Shown here one piece after another: positions 30,723 through 39,124 of a DNA stretch of 64,000 bases (its first letter is position 1; every line of letters begins with the position of its first letter). The notes below the pieces were generated by a model. The model did no database searches, had not been told where the DNA came from, and saw nothing but the letters and a program-made list of their open reading frames with translations. The translations under genes were made by a program, and so were the position numbers. Origin of the DNA: Bacilli bacterium (GTDB lineage: Bacteria > Bacillota_I > Bacilli_A > RFN20 > CAG-826); assembly GCA_024687185.1 (NCBI GenBank), contig JAILEX010000048.1, forward strand, positions 1,266-65,265, read 5' to 3'.

Positions 30723-31994
30723 TTATTTGCGGTTACGGTAGAAGGCTTCGATGTCCTCGATTTCCTTGATGATGGATTCGCTTAATACGCGGCATCCATC
30801 CTCGGTGATAAGGAGGTCGTCTTCGATGCGGATGCCGATGTTCTTCTCGGCGATATATAGCCCCGGTTCATCGGAGATGATCATGCCAGGTTCGAGGGGG
30901 ATGTCCTTCCTGCCGCCCGCGTCATGGGTATCCAAGCCAATATGGTGGCTAACGCCATGGAAATAATATTTGTTGATGTCTTCCTTTTTCTCGATGATGC
31001 CTTTTTCTAGACATCTGGCGGCCAGATATTCCTTGGTGAATTCCTGAAGCTGGGCGATCGTAAGGCCAGGCTTAGCAAAGCTAGCGACCGCCTTGTTGCA
31101 GCCTAAGACGATGGTGTACAAAGTCCTTTGGTAGTCGTCGAATTTGCCTGCGACGGGGATGGTCCTGGAGATATCGGCGCAGTAATAGCCGTGTTTTGCC
31201 CCTAGATCCATCAGCAATAGGGTGTTGGGCCCGATTTGGCTTAGGGGCTTAGGGTAATGGAGGATCGCCGCGTTCCTACCCGCGGCCATGATGGTATTGA
31301 AGGATAGGCCTTGGTAACCGGAGTCGTCATTGATGACGCGGAGGAAGATATCGGCCAATTCGTATTCATATACGCCCGCCCTTGCGTAGCTCATGACGGA
31401 TTGGATGCCAAGGCGCGTATGTTCGATCGCCTTTTCGAATTCGGCGACCTCGGCCGGAGATTTGACAAGGCGGTGACGGACAATCACAGGATAGATATCC
31501 TTGATGGTGATGTCGGGATAGGCGAGCTCAAGGCTTTTCGCCGCATCCACGGTCATCGTCTCCTCGGCGATCTTGTTCTCCTTGTCTAGATCCATGTAGA
31601 CGGTCTTCATGGCGCCATAGTCGCTACTAGAGCCTGAAAGCAAGGAATCTAGCCTAGACTGGAAGGCGCCTTCATATAAAACGTTACGGATGCCGCTAAT
31701 GGCCTTGGCGTCTTCGGCGATCAGCCTTTTGCCATACCATTTCTCCTTTAATGCGTCAAAAGGTGGGATGAATAGGTATTCTTTCCTTAGTCCATCGGTT
31801 AGCACGAGCATCAGGATAGAGCCTTCTTGCTCGACGCCGGTTAGATAATAGAAGTTGCGATTCACCTCAAAGGGGAAGGTTTCGTCCGCGGATAGCTTTT
31901 TGGCCACCCCCGCGTAAAGGATGAGGACGCTATCTTCGTCCATTTCGTCGAAGACCTTGTTCCTCCTCGCTTGGAATTCGTTGGCTGAGATCAT
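30723..31994 (-). CDS. M24B metallopeptidase (Xaa-Pro aminopeptidase/dipeptidase family)
   Basis: 423 aa. Motifs DLGAKHGYYCADISRT, HGVSHHIGLDTHD, EPGLY and GIRIEDD. The ATG overlaps the stop of the upstream yigZ-like gene (ATGA). Confidence 0.85.
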   Translation of the reverse strand: MISANEFQARRNKVFDEMDEDSVLILYAGVAKKLSADETFPFEVNRNFYYLTGVEQEGSILMLVLTDGLRKEYLFIPPFDALKEKWYGKRLIAEDAKAISGIRNVLYEGAFQSRLDSLLSGSSSDYGAMKTVYMDLDKENKIAEETMTVDAAKSLELAYPDITIKDIYPVIVRHRLVKSPAEVAEFEKAIEHTRLGIQSVMSYARAGVYEYELADIFLRVINDDSGYQGLSFNTIMAAGRNAAILHYPKPLSQIGPNTLLLMDLGAKHGYYCADISRTIPVAGKFDDYQRTLYTIVLGCNKAVASFAKPGLTIAQLQEFTKEYLAARCLEKGIIEKKEDINKYYFHGVSHHIGLDTHDAGGRKDIPLEPGMIISDEPGLYIAEKNIGIRIEDDLLITEDGCRVLSESIIKEIEDIEAFYRNRK

Positions 31995-32608
31995 TCTAAT
32001 TCCTCCAATATGGATGTGATTTCGGGCTCGGGAAGGGGAAGCAATAGGCCCCTTTTCTCCAGCAGCCCATCGATTTTATCACTGCTATTGATTCTAATGT
32101 TCACATTTATTCCGAAATCGGTTACCACGAGCATGAACTCGCCCCGTTCGGATAGGCCCCTAAGCCTTTCGTAGGTGGAATAGTCCACCTCGAGCTCGTA
32201 GGTGAACCTTTCTAGTCTTTCGGCTAGACGCGCGTTGTTTAGGGCCTCGCTAGAAGAGGAGAGGAAGGCCTTCCTAAGCCTAGGGATGCCTAGCTTGCTG
32301 CCCCCGAAATACCTAGCGACCAATATGCCCGCGTCATCGATTCCCTTATCCTCGAGTAAGGAAAGCATGGGTCGACCCGCGCTGCTACCGGGTTCGCCAT
32401 CGTCGCTGCTTCTGCCGCTTCCCTTTATCCTATAGGCATAGGGATAATGGTCGGCTTTCGGGCATTCCTTCATAAAGGCCTCTTGGCGCGATTTGAATTC
32501 CTCGGCGCTAGACAAAGGAAAGGCAATCGCCACGAACTCGCTTCCGAGCTCCTTATAGACGCCCTTTCCTTCCTTTATTATATATAGCGATCTCTTCGTT
32601 TCTCCCAT
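31991..32608 (-). CDS. IMPACT-family protein (YigZ / UPF0029)
   Basis: From the ATG at 32608: MGETKRSLYIIKEG... with SSDDGEPGSSAGRPMLSLL and VARYFGGSKLGIPRL. The track's N-terminal extension to 32941 looks non-genic and overlaps the divergent gene. Confidence 0.8.
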   Translation of the reverse strand: MGETKRSLYIIKEGKGVYKELGSEFVAIAFPLSSAEEFKSRQEAFMKECPKADHYPYAYRIKGSGRSSDDGEPGSSAGRPMLSLLEDKGIDDAGILVARYFGGSKLGIPRLRKAFLSSSSEALNNARLAERLERFTYELEVDYSTYERLRGLSERGEFMLVVTDFGINVNIRINSSDKIDGLLEKRGLLLPLPEPEITSILEELE

Positions 32609-32704
32609 AACGGAGAATAGTATAACTGAATTCGCGACCCTTCTTGAAACCAGTTGAGCCGTTTTTATGGCTTTTATCTTTCCCAAAGATATAATTTGTC
32701 CGCT

Positions 32705-33604
32705 ATGAAAACCTACTTCCACCATATCGCTTGCCCCGAATGCGGCAAAGGAAACGACTCCAAAAGGACCAGCTGCGTCCATTGCAAGGCCGATTTGAAC
32801 AATAGGGATGCCAAAAAGTTCGAGCAACAGCTCATCGTCCCCTTCTGGAAGGAAATCGTCTTCTTCCTTCTCGCGCTTTTCGGCCTTAGCGCCATCGCAA
32901 CCGTGGTCCAGTCGATCCAGCTTTCCATGGTCATGGGGCAAAACCCCGAACTATCGCTACAAGAGGCCGCGAAGGTCGTCTCTAGCGGCGGGTATATACT
33001 ATTTTTGGAATTCTTCGCCTATGGCATGGTGTTTTTGGGCGCGGGAACGCTTCTATGGTCTTCCTGGAAGGACATAGGCAAATCGCTCGCGAATTGGAAG
33101 CCCTACCTCATGGGCATAGCGGGATTAGCCGTCATCATGGCCTTCGAGATGAGTTACAACATGGTGACCTCGATGATCCTAAAGGCCGCGGGAATCGAAC
33201 CCGCAAGCAACAATAACCAAAGCGCGATCGTCACCATCGTCTCCATGGCCCCGTTTCTTAGCGTAATCGTGTTCGGCTTCATCGGGCCCTTTGTGGAGGA
33301 ACTCGCCTACCGCGTAGGGCTATTCGGCTTCCTTTCTAGGATCAATAAGGTCTTCGCCTACGTTGGCGTGCCCCTAGTCTTCGGCTTGATCCATTTCGAT
33401 TTCGGCGCGGGATTTGATTTCGCCAACGTCTCCTCTTGCGTCAACGAGTGGGTGAACCTACCCATCTATATGTTCTCGGGCCTCGTCTTCTCCTTCCTCT
33501 ATGACAAATTCGGCTTTGGGGCATCGCTGGTCGCCCATACCGCCAATAATGTGTTCTCCATCTCCATGATCATCATCCAAAACGCCGTCGGGGGTAATGC
33601 ATGA
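32705..33604 (+). CDS. CPBP-family intramembrane glutamic protease (CAAX/Abi) with an N-terminal zinc ribbon
   Basis: From the ATG at 32705: CPECG...CVHC zinc ribbon, multiple TM helices, FVEELAYRVGLFG (EExxxR) and VAHTANN (HxxxN). Confidence 0.75.
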   Translation: MKTYFHHIACPECGKGNDSKRTSCVHCKADLNNRDAKKFEQQLIVPFWKEIVFFLLALFGLSAIATVVQSIQLSMVMGQNPELSLQEAAKVVSSGGYILFLEFFAYGMVFLGAGTLLWSSWKDIGKSLANWKPYLMGIAGLAVIMAFEMSYNMVTSMILKAAGIEPASNNNQSAIVTIVSMAPFLSVIVFGFIGPFVEELAYRVGLFGFLSRINKVFAYVGVPLVFGLIHFDFGAGFDFANVSSCVNEWVNLPIYMFSGLVFSFLYDKFGFGASLVAHTANNVFSISMIIIQNAVGGNA

Positions 33605-34482
33605 ACGAGGATAAGACGCTTTTCCTATCTTCCTTCTTGATTCGTCTGCTCGCGCTTTTGACGATGACCCTAGACCATATCGGCATCTTTTTATTGCTTA
33701 AAAACGGCGAAGGGACCCTCGCATATGAGGTCGCAAGCGTCTTCCGCGTCATCGGCAGGATCGCCTTCCCCCTATTCGCGTTTTTGCTCGCGGAAGGCAT
33801 GAGGCATACCTCGAACAAAAACAAATACATGCTTCGCCTATCCATCATGATGGCTTTGATCATGGTCGCCCAAACCATCATGGTCTATGGGGCGAATAAC
33901 ACCCTTTTGGCTAACGCCAGTAACCCTTTCATCGACCTGGTCTTCGTTGCCTTAGTCCTATATTGCCTAAGCTTGCCAAAGGCAAAAAAGCTCTTCGCGT
34001 TGTTCCCTGGGGCGATATTGGTATTCGCCTTTACGGTGGGCTGCATCGAGACAAGCCGCGACATCACCATAACCTGGTGGCCCTTTATGTACCGTCCTAA
34101 CGAGTCCTTGCTAGGGCTAGGGGCCGCGATAGGCTTCTTTTACGCCCCTAGCGTCGCCGCTAAATTCGCCCATAAGTTCAACCAACAGGCCGGGATCTCC
34201 GACGAATTGTTTTTGGAGACCAGCTATGGAAGGCGCAGCGCCAACGTGGTCGGCTGCCTGTTCTATTTCATAACCGTCATGGCCCTATGGGGATTCTCCT
34301 ATATCAACTACAGGGCTTTTGACCCGATAAGCATGTCCATAAAAAGCTGGGGACTGCTCGCCATCATCCCGCTTATCTTCTATAACGGACAGAAGGGAAT
34401 AAGCGGACTTCCAGCCAAAATCGCCTCCTACGCCTATTACCCGGTGCATCTTATTATTCTTTACCTGATTTTTGGTTTATAA
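33601..34482 (+). CDS. TraX-family membrane protein
   Basis: 293 aa, polytopic. N-terminal LIRLLALLTMTLDHIGIFL and RIAFPLFAFLLAEG are typical of TraX. Overlaps the upstream gene's stop. Confidence 0.65.
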   Translation: MNEDKTLFLSSFLIRLLALLTMTLDHIGIFLLLKNGEGTLAYEVASVFRVIGRIAFPLFAFLLAEGMRHTSNKNKYMLRLSIMMALIMVAQTIMVYGANNTLLANASNPFIDLVFVALVLYCLSLPKAKKLFALFPGAILVFAFTVGCIETSRDITITWWPFMYRPNESLLGLGAAIGFFYAPSVAAKFAHKFNQQAGISDELFLETSYGRRSANVVGCLFYFITVMALWGFSYINYRAFDPISMSIKSWGLLAIIPLIFYNGQKGISGLPAKIASYAYYPVHLIILYLIFGL

Positions 34483-34549
34483 TCCATCTCGTCTTGAAAG
34501 AATCAAAAATAGATTCGATAGAAAAAACAAAAGAAAGGAAATCACGAAT

Positions 34550-34855
34550 ATGAAAAAAGAAATCAGATCCTATCAGGAATTCGTCGCCGAGAAAGCGGAA
34601 GGCGAAGTCCTAGTCGACTTCTACGCCACCTGGTGTGGCCCCTGCAAGATGATCGCCCCGATCGTCGACCAGATCGCCAAGGAATATCCCGAGATCAAGG
34701 TATTGTCCGTCGACGTCGACGAAGTTGGCGAAGCCGCGGCCGAATATGGCGTCAGCGGCATCCCCACCCTCCTACACCTCCAGGATGGCAAGTTGCTTAA
34801 TACCCAAGTCGGCTACGCACCTAAGCCCACCCTATTAAGGTTCCTAGGAAAGTAA
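34550..34855 (+). CDS. trxA: Thioredoxin
   Basis: From the ATG at 34550: 101 aa with VDFYATWCGPCKM and GIPTL. Confidence 0.92.
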   Translation: MKKEIRSYQEFVAEKAEGEVLVDFYATWCGPCKMIAPIVDQIAKEYPEIKVLSVDVDEVGEAAAEYGVSGIPTLLHLQDGKLLNTQVGYAPKPTLLRFLGK

Positions 34856-34868
34856 GTCGTCCCCCTAT

Positions 34869-34897
34869 CGGGCTGCCGCAAGTTGGCAGCCCTTTTT
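34869..34897 (+). terminator. Intrinsic terminator after trxA
   Basis: GGGCTGCC-(loop)-GGCAGCCC followed by TTTTTT. Confidence 0.8.
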
Positions 34898-34909
34898 TCG
34901 CCAAAAACC

Positions 34910-35632
34910 ATGCAAAACCCCTTCCAAATCAAAAATGAGCCCACTTTTTGCAAGGTATTCACCTACCTCTATTTAGGCGTGGGCGTCTCTTTGGCTATCG
35001 CCTATATCGTTACCGGCTTCTTCGATAGCCTTCATCTAGCCACCAACATCCTGAAATTCGTTTTGGTGGTCGCTAGCTTCTTATATGTCTTCATCTATTT
35101 CTGGGTCAGGTTTTTGAAAGACGACGGCTGCAGGGATAGGCTCTTCCTTTGGATCGCCTTGCTTTTTACTCTCGGCGCGGACGTGTTCTTGCTTTTGGTC
35201 AATGACTTTTACGAAGTCGGTGTATCCTTATTCATCGTTGCCCAAATCGTCCATTTCCTTAGGGGCGCGCGCCATTACTATAAAAAGGATAGGGTCTATT
35301 TGGCCATCACCATCGCCTTAAGGGCGGTCCTTTGCATCGTGGCCCCGCTTCTGACTATCCCACTAGACATGGTTAGCCCCACCAACATCCTTACGATGAT
35401 CTATTTCCCAAACCTCATCATGAATTTCGTCGATGGGGTCTATATCGCCGTTAAGGTCAATAGGAGATTGGGTTTGTTCCTTAGCGTTGGCTTTTTGCTT
35501 TTCATCGGCTGCGATATCTGCGTCGGCTTATCTAACGTAGGCCTCCCATTATGGAATCTCATATGGATATTCTATGGTCCCTCCCAAATCGTTTTGGCGC
35601 TATCCTTATCTAGGAGCGAGGAAAAACAATGA
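34910..35632 (+). CDS. Polytopic membrane protein, YhhN-like (lysoplasmalogenase family)
   Basis: Start taken at the internal Met (MQNPFQIK...) because the track's TTG start lies inside the trxA terminator. About 7 TM helices, with two GxD-containing helices (LGADVFLL, IGCDICVGL) resembling YhhN. Family assignment is tentative. Confidence 0.4.
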   Translation: MQNPFQIKNEPTFCKVFTYLYLGVGVSLAIAYIVTGFFDSLHLATNILKFVLVVASFLYVFIYFWVRFLKDDGCRDRLFLWIALLFTLGADVFLLLVNDFYEVGVSLFIVAQIVHFLRGARHYYKKDRVYLAITIALRAVLCIVAPLLTIPLDMVSPTNILTMIYFPNLIMNFVDGVYIAVKVNRRLGLFLSVGFLLFIGCDICVGLSNVGLPLWNLIWIFYGPSQIVLALSLSRSEEKQ

Positions 35633-36345
35633 GCAAAAGAAGGGAAACGATAGGCAAAATACTCTCCTGGGTATCGATCCCCACCTTGATCCTTTTCGTG
35701 ATCGCCAGTGCCTTCATCGTCCAAATCACCCTAAGGCCCTACTATTTTTGGCACGTATCGATGCTAGGGATAGAGCAAAGCAGCGGCTATAGCTTCTCCG
35801 AGATCGCCCTAGCCTTCAATGACGTCATGGACTTCATTTGGTTTGGCGCCCCGTTTAAGACCGGCAACATGCCCTTTAGCGAATCGGGCAAAGCCCATTT
35901 CGAGGACTGCGTGCCCCTATTTCACCTTGACCTATATGTCTTCCTTATCACCGGGGCGATGCTTCTTATCTATTTGGTCCTAGTGAAGACGAAAGTGCTC
36001 CCTAAGCCTAGGCTATTCGGCTTTCACCCCTTCTTCTTTGCCGCTATCGTCTTGCTTCTTTTCCTAAGCGTCATCCTCATCATCGGCATGGTCGATTTCT
36101 ATACCCTGTTCGAGCTATTCCACAAAGTGCTTTTCCCTGGCAAAACCAATTGGATCTTCGATTACCGTACAGACCCCGTGATCAACATATTGCCCGAGTC
36201 CTTCTTCTTATGCTGCGGCATCTTCGCGGGCATCGTCGCGGGAAGCGAGATAATCGCGATGCTAGTTTCCTCCTTGCTTTTCCATACAAGCGAAAAGGAA
36301 GAGAGGAAGATAAAACTCACGCTAGGAATCGAAAAGGTGCTGTGA
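35629..36345 (+). CDS. TIGR01906/DUF1461-family membrane protein (family of the lipoprotein intramolecular transacylase Lit)
   Basis: 238 aa. Overlaps the previous stop (ATGA). Pattern FHKVLFPGKTNWIFDYRTDPVINILPESFF plus 4-5 TM helices matches my recollection of this family. Confidence 0.5.
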   Translation: MSKRRETIGKILSWVSIPTLILFVIASAFIVQITLRPYYFWHVSMLGIEQSSGYSFSEIALAFNDVMDFIWFGAPFKTGNMPFSESGKAHFEDCVPLFHLDLYVFLITGAMLLIYLVLVKTKVLPKPRLFGFHPFFFAAIVLLLFLSVILIIGMVDFYTLFELFHKVLFPGKTNWIFDYRTDPVINILPESFFLCCGIFAGIVAGSEIIAMLVSSLLFHTSEKEERKIKLTLGIEKVL

Positions 36346-36380
36346 TAACATAATCGGGCTCTGCAAGAAAAAGAGCGTAC

Positions 36381-36454
36381 GCAGGTGTAGTTCAGTGGTA
36401 GAACACCAGCCTTCCAAGCTGGTTATGCGGGTCCGATTCCCGTCACCTGCTCCA
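36381..36454 (+). tRNA. tRNA-Gly (anticodon UCC), CCA encoded
   Basis: Cloverleaf read by hand. Acceptor GCAGGTG/CACCTGC, D-arm GTTC-AGTGGTA-GAAC, anticodon arm CCAGC-CTTCCAA-GCTGG, T-arm GCGGG-TCCGATT-CCCGT, discriminator T, then CCA. Confidence 0.95.
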
Positions 36455-36464
36455 GAGAAAATTA

Positions 36465-36490
36465 CCCCGATAGAATCGGGGTTTTATTTT
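36465..36490 (+). terminator. Intrinsic terminator after tRNA-Gly
   Basis: CCCCGA-TAGAA-TCGGGG followed by TTTTATTTT. Confidence 0.8.
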
Positions 36491-36516
36491 ATACACTGTA
36501 TAGAAATTGTGTATTT

Positions 36517-37155
36517 TTACTTTGCTATGGGGGCGCTTTCCTTGCTCTTTTCCGGCTGCGGATATTTCTTTGGGAAGCGGATCCTATCGATTTGTTCCAA
36601 GACGTAATTGACGCCGTCCACCTTAATGGAGACGATCTCAAACAAGCCCTTCCTCCCCCTCATGAAAAACTTGATTTTGCCATAGGTGGGCTCGACTTCC
36701 TGGCCTTCCTTTTTGGCCACGGGGGTCACGGTTTCGAAACCTTCCACGTTATAGATATCGCAAAGGAACGCGGTTACCCTGCCCTCTTTTGTGGCAACGG
36801 AGAATAGCCTTCTGCCTTCGTTATAGATGATGGCGTCCTGGTCCCCATATAGCGCCTTGTTGCGGTTACTTACCATGATGAGGAAGGAGACGGCCGCGAC
36901 GAATACGCCCATCCCTATCGCAAGCCCCATCTGCCAAACCGGGAAGCTAGGCTCGGTGGGCTTAGGATAATAGGTGCCGGCCTGGAACGCCGCCAAAAGG
37001 TCGGGATATTCCTCTAGGCGGTGCAGATAGTCGATATAGATGCCAATGGAGATGGCAACCCCGGTCAAAACGGGCATAATGGTCGCGATTATGGTCCAAA
37101 AAAGCCATAGGCCTTTCTTCTCGATTCTTTTATGCGCGATATTGATGTGTGCCAT
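36517..37155 (-). CDS. Hypothetical membrane protein (2-3 TM helices plus a soluble C-terminal domain)
   Basis: 212-aa ORF with coding-like composition. No recognisable motif. Confidence 0.5.
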   Translation of the reverse strand: MAHINIAHKRIEKKGLWLFWTIIATIMPVLTGVAISIGIYIDYLHRLEEYPDLLAAFQAGTYYPKPTEPSFPVWQMGLAIGMGVFVAAVSFLIMVSNRNKALYGDQDAIIYNEGRRLFSVATKEGRVTAFLCDIYNVEGFETVTPVAKKEGQEVEPTYGKIKFFMRGRKGLFEIVSIKVDGVNYVLEQIDRIRFPKKYPQPEKSKESAPIAK

Positions 37156-37245
37156 TTATCTTGATTCCATTGCCTTTCCTTATAGGAACGCCGCTAAGAA
37201 GGATAACTTCCAAACCGCTTTTCTTCAAGGAATAACGGGTATCGC

Positions 37246-37962
37246 CTACTTTTTAAGTAGCTCCCTGACTACGTATGAGCCCATAAGAAGCCCTGCCGCG
37301 GAAGGGACGAAGGCCGAGGAGGCCGGGATGTCCTTGCGGAAGCCTCCCCCCTCCTTGCTTTCCTTTATCACGGGGTCAAGGGGCTTTTCTAGGGAATAAA
37401 GGACTTTGACCTTCCTTAACCCTAGGTCCTTGCATTTTTTCCTAATGACCTTGGCAAGGGGATCCATCTCGGTCTTTTCTATGTCATCGATCCTCAATTG
37501 GCTCGGGTCTAACCGGTTGCCGCATCCCATACAGGAAAGGATTGGGACGCCTTTCTCCTTGCAGGAAGCGATCAAATACAGCTTCGCGGAAACCGTATCG
37601 ATGCAATCGAGGACATAATCCATCCTGCCTAAATCGAAGGGGAATTCGGTGGAAGGAAGCAAAAAGAGGGGATACGTGTATACGTTTATCTCCGGGTTGA
37701 TGGATAAAACCCTTTCCTTCGCGACCTCGACCTTGCTTCTTCCCATGGTATTTTCTACCGCTAGGATCTGACGGTTGATATTGGTAATGGAAAAAACGTC
37801 GTTATCGACGAGGTGAAGCTCGCCTATCGCGCTTCGGGCAAGGCTTTCGATCGCATATCCGCCCACGCCTCCGCAGCCGAAAACGGCGACGCGGCTATTC
37901 TTTAACTTAAGAAGGTTCTCTTCCCCTATTAGCCTATTGAGGCGGTCAAAGCGGTTTTCCAT
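37246..37962 (-). CDS. tcdA: tRNA threonylcarbamoyladenosine dehydratase (ThiF/E1-like, TcdA/CsdL)
   Basis: VAVFGCGGVGGYAIESLARSAIGELHLVDNDVFSITNINRQ. The start is taken at MENRFDRLNRLIGEENL (37962) by analogy with homolog N-termini. The track's start at 38034 would leave no room for the divergent promoter. Confidence 0.8.
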   Translation of the reverse strand: MENRFDRLNRLIGEENLLKLKNSRVAVFGCGGVGGYAIESLARSAIGELHLVDNDVFSITNINRQILAVENTMGRSKVEVAKERVLSINPEINVYTYPLFLLPSTEFPFDLGRMDYVLDCIDTVSAKLYLIASCKEKGVPILSCMGCGNRLDPSQLRIDDIEKTEMDPLAKVIRKKCKDLGLRKVKVLYSLEKPLDPVIKESKEGGGFRKDIPASSAFVPSAAGLLMGSYVVRELLKK

Positions 37963-38035
37963 ACCCCTATCTTGTGGATTTTCCCTCTTCAATGCAACAC
38001 TTTCCTTAAGGAATGCTCTCATTTTTCCGGCCATT

Positions 38036-38044
38036 TGCTACAAT
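38036..38044 (+). promoter_or_regulatory. Candidate extended -10 promoter (TGcTACAAT) for the HD-RdgB gene
   Basis: TG-C-TACAAT lies 20 nt upstream of the ATG at 38065, with an AAAGGA SD in between. Confidence 0.4.
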
Positions 38045-38064
38045 GATAGAGGGTAAAAGGAAAA

Positions 38065-39102
38065 ATGATTTACACAGAACTCACTCGCCTTGCCATGGAA
38101 ATCGCGGAAGAGGCACACCATGGCGTCACCGATAAGGGCGGTTTTCCCTATATCAACCACCCCCTCCACCTAGCCGAAGGGATGGCCGACCAATATAGCT
38201 GCGCAACCGCTTTGCTCCACGACGTGGTCGAGGATACGCCCCTTACAATCGAAGACCTTAGGCGAAAGGGAATCGAGGAAACCGTTTTGGAAGCCGTGGA
38301 TCTATTGACCCACAAAGAAGGCGTCCCCTATATGGATTACGTTAAGCTTATCGGAACTAACCGCATCGCAAGGATGGTCAAGTTGGCCGATTTGGCCCAT
38401 AACCTGGATTCCTCTAGGATCCTCAATGGCAAAGGCAACAAAAAGAAGGATACCTACTTAAAGGCAAAGGCCTATCTAGAGTCCCTTGAGACCCCCTATG
38501 ACACCTTTGTCCTTGCGACCACCAACAAAGGGAAGATAAAGGAATACGAGGACCTCCTCGCCCCGCTTAACCCGCGCATCCTCCTTCCTAGCGATATCGG
38601 CTTTAGGGAGGAAATCGAGGAAAACGGAACCACCTATAGCGAAAATGCCATCATCAAGGCCATGGCGATCGCCGAACACACCCCTATCCCCGTCATCGCC
38701 GATGATTCAGGCATCGAAATAGACGCGATGGGCGGAGGCCCTGGGCTACATACGGCCAGATACGCCAAACAGATGGGAGGATATCCCGATGTTTGGTATA
38801 AGGTAATCGAAGAGACCAAAGGCAAATCGAAGGGAGCGAGGTTCGTTTGCCATATCGCCTATAAGGAAAAGGGGAAGGACGTCAAGGTCTTTGAGGGGAT
38901 TTGTCCCGGATATATCCTAGACGCGCCAAGCGGGACCAACGGCTTTGGCTATGACCCCATCTTCCATAGCGAAGAGGGAAACGTCGACTTTGGGCTCTCT
39001 AGCGACGAGGAGAAGGCCAAGTATTCCCACCGCGGCAAAGCCTGCAAAAAGCTGCTGGAATTCATCTTAGAAGAACGCGAAAAGTCCGCAAAAGCCGGAT
39101 AA
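38065..39102 (+). CDS. Fusion of an HD-domain (SpoT/RelA-type hydrolase-like) and a RdgB/HAM1 non-canonical purine NTP pyrophosphatase
   Basis: N-terminal half: HHGVTDKGGFPYINHPLHLA...LLHDVVEDT. C-terminal half: LATTNKGKIKEY...ENGTTYSENA...IADDSGIEID...GFGYDPIF...YSHRGKA. Confidence 0.85.
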   Translation: MIYTELTRLAMEIAEEAHHGVTDKGGFPYINHPLHLAEGMADQYSCATALLHDVVEDTPLTIEDLRRKGIEETVLEAVDLLTHKEGVPYMDYVKLIGTNRIARMVKLADLAHNLDSSRILNGKGNKKKDTYLKAKAYLESLETPYDTFVLATTNKGKIKEYEDLLAPLNPRILLPSDIGFREEIEENGTTYSENAIIKAMAIAEHTPIPVIADDSGIEIDAMGGGPGLHTARYAKQMGGYPDVWYKVIEETKGKSKGARFVCHIAYKEKGKDVKVFEGICPGYILDAPSGTNGFGYDPIFHSEEGNVDFGLSSDEEKAKYSHRGKACKKLLEFILEEREKSAKAG

Positions 39103-39124
39103 AAGACCTGATTTTGCTTAGTTT

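Noticed and set aside
32609-32941. N-terminal 111-aa extension of the YigZ-like ORF in the track (start at 32941), and the track start at 32654 of the divergent CPBP gene
   Set aside because: The two extensions overlap each other on opposite strands. Homolog-like sequence begins at MGETKRS (32608) and MKTYFHH (32705), and the extensions have non-genic composition.
34883-34909. Track start (TTG) of the YhhN-like ORF
   Set aside because: This start codon lies within the 3' arm of the trxA terminator hairpin. The internal Met (MQNPF...) is a more plausible start. My hand count of this short stretch also disagreed by one base with the track frame, so the exact start should be treated as uncertain.
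36395-36607. 70-aa plus-strand ORF starting inside the tRNA-Gly gene
   Set aside because: Its first 20 codons are the tRNA itself and the rest runs through the terminator and antisense to a real gene. It is an ORF-finder artefact.
37963-38034. Longer tcdA start at 38034 (24 extra codons)
   Set aside because: There is no SD. The extension has no counterpart in TcdA/YrvM-type N-termini as I recall them, and it would bury the divergent gene's TGcTACAAT promoter inside coding sequence.
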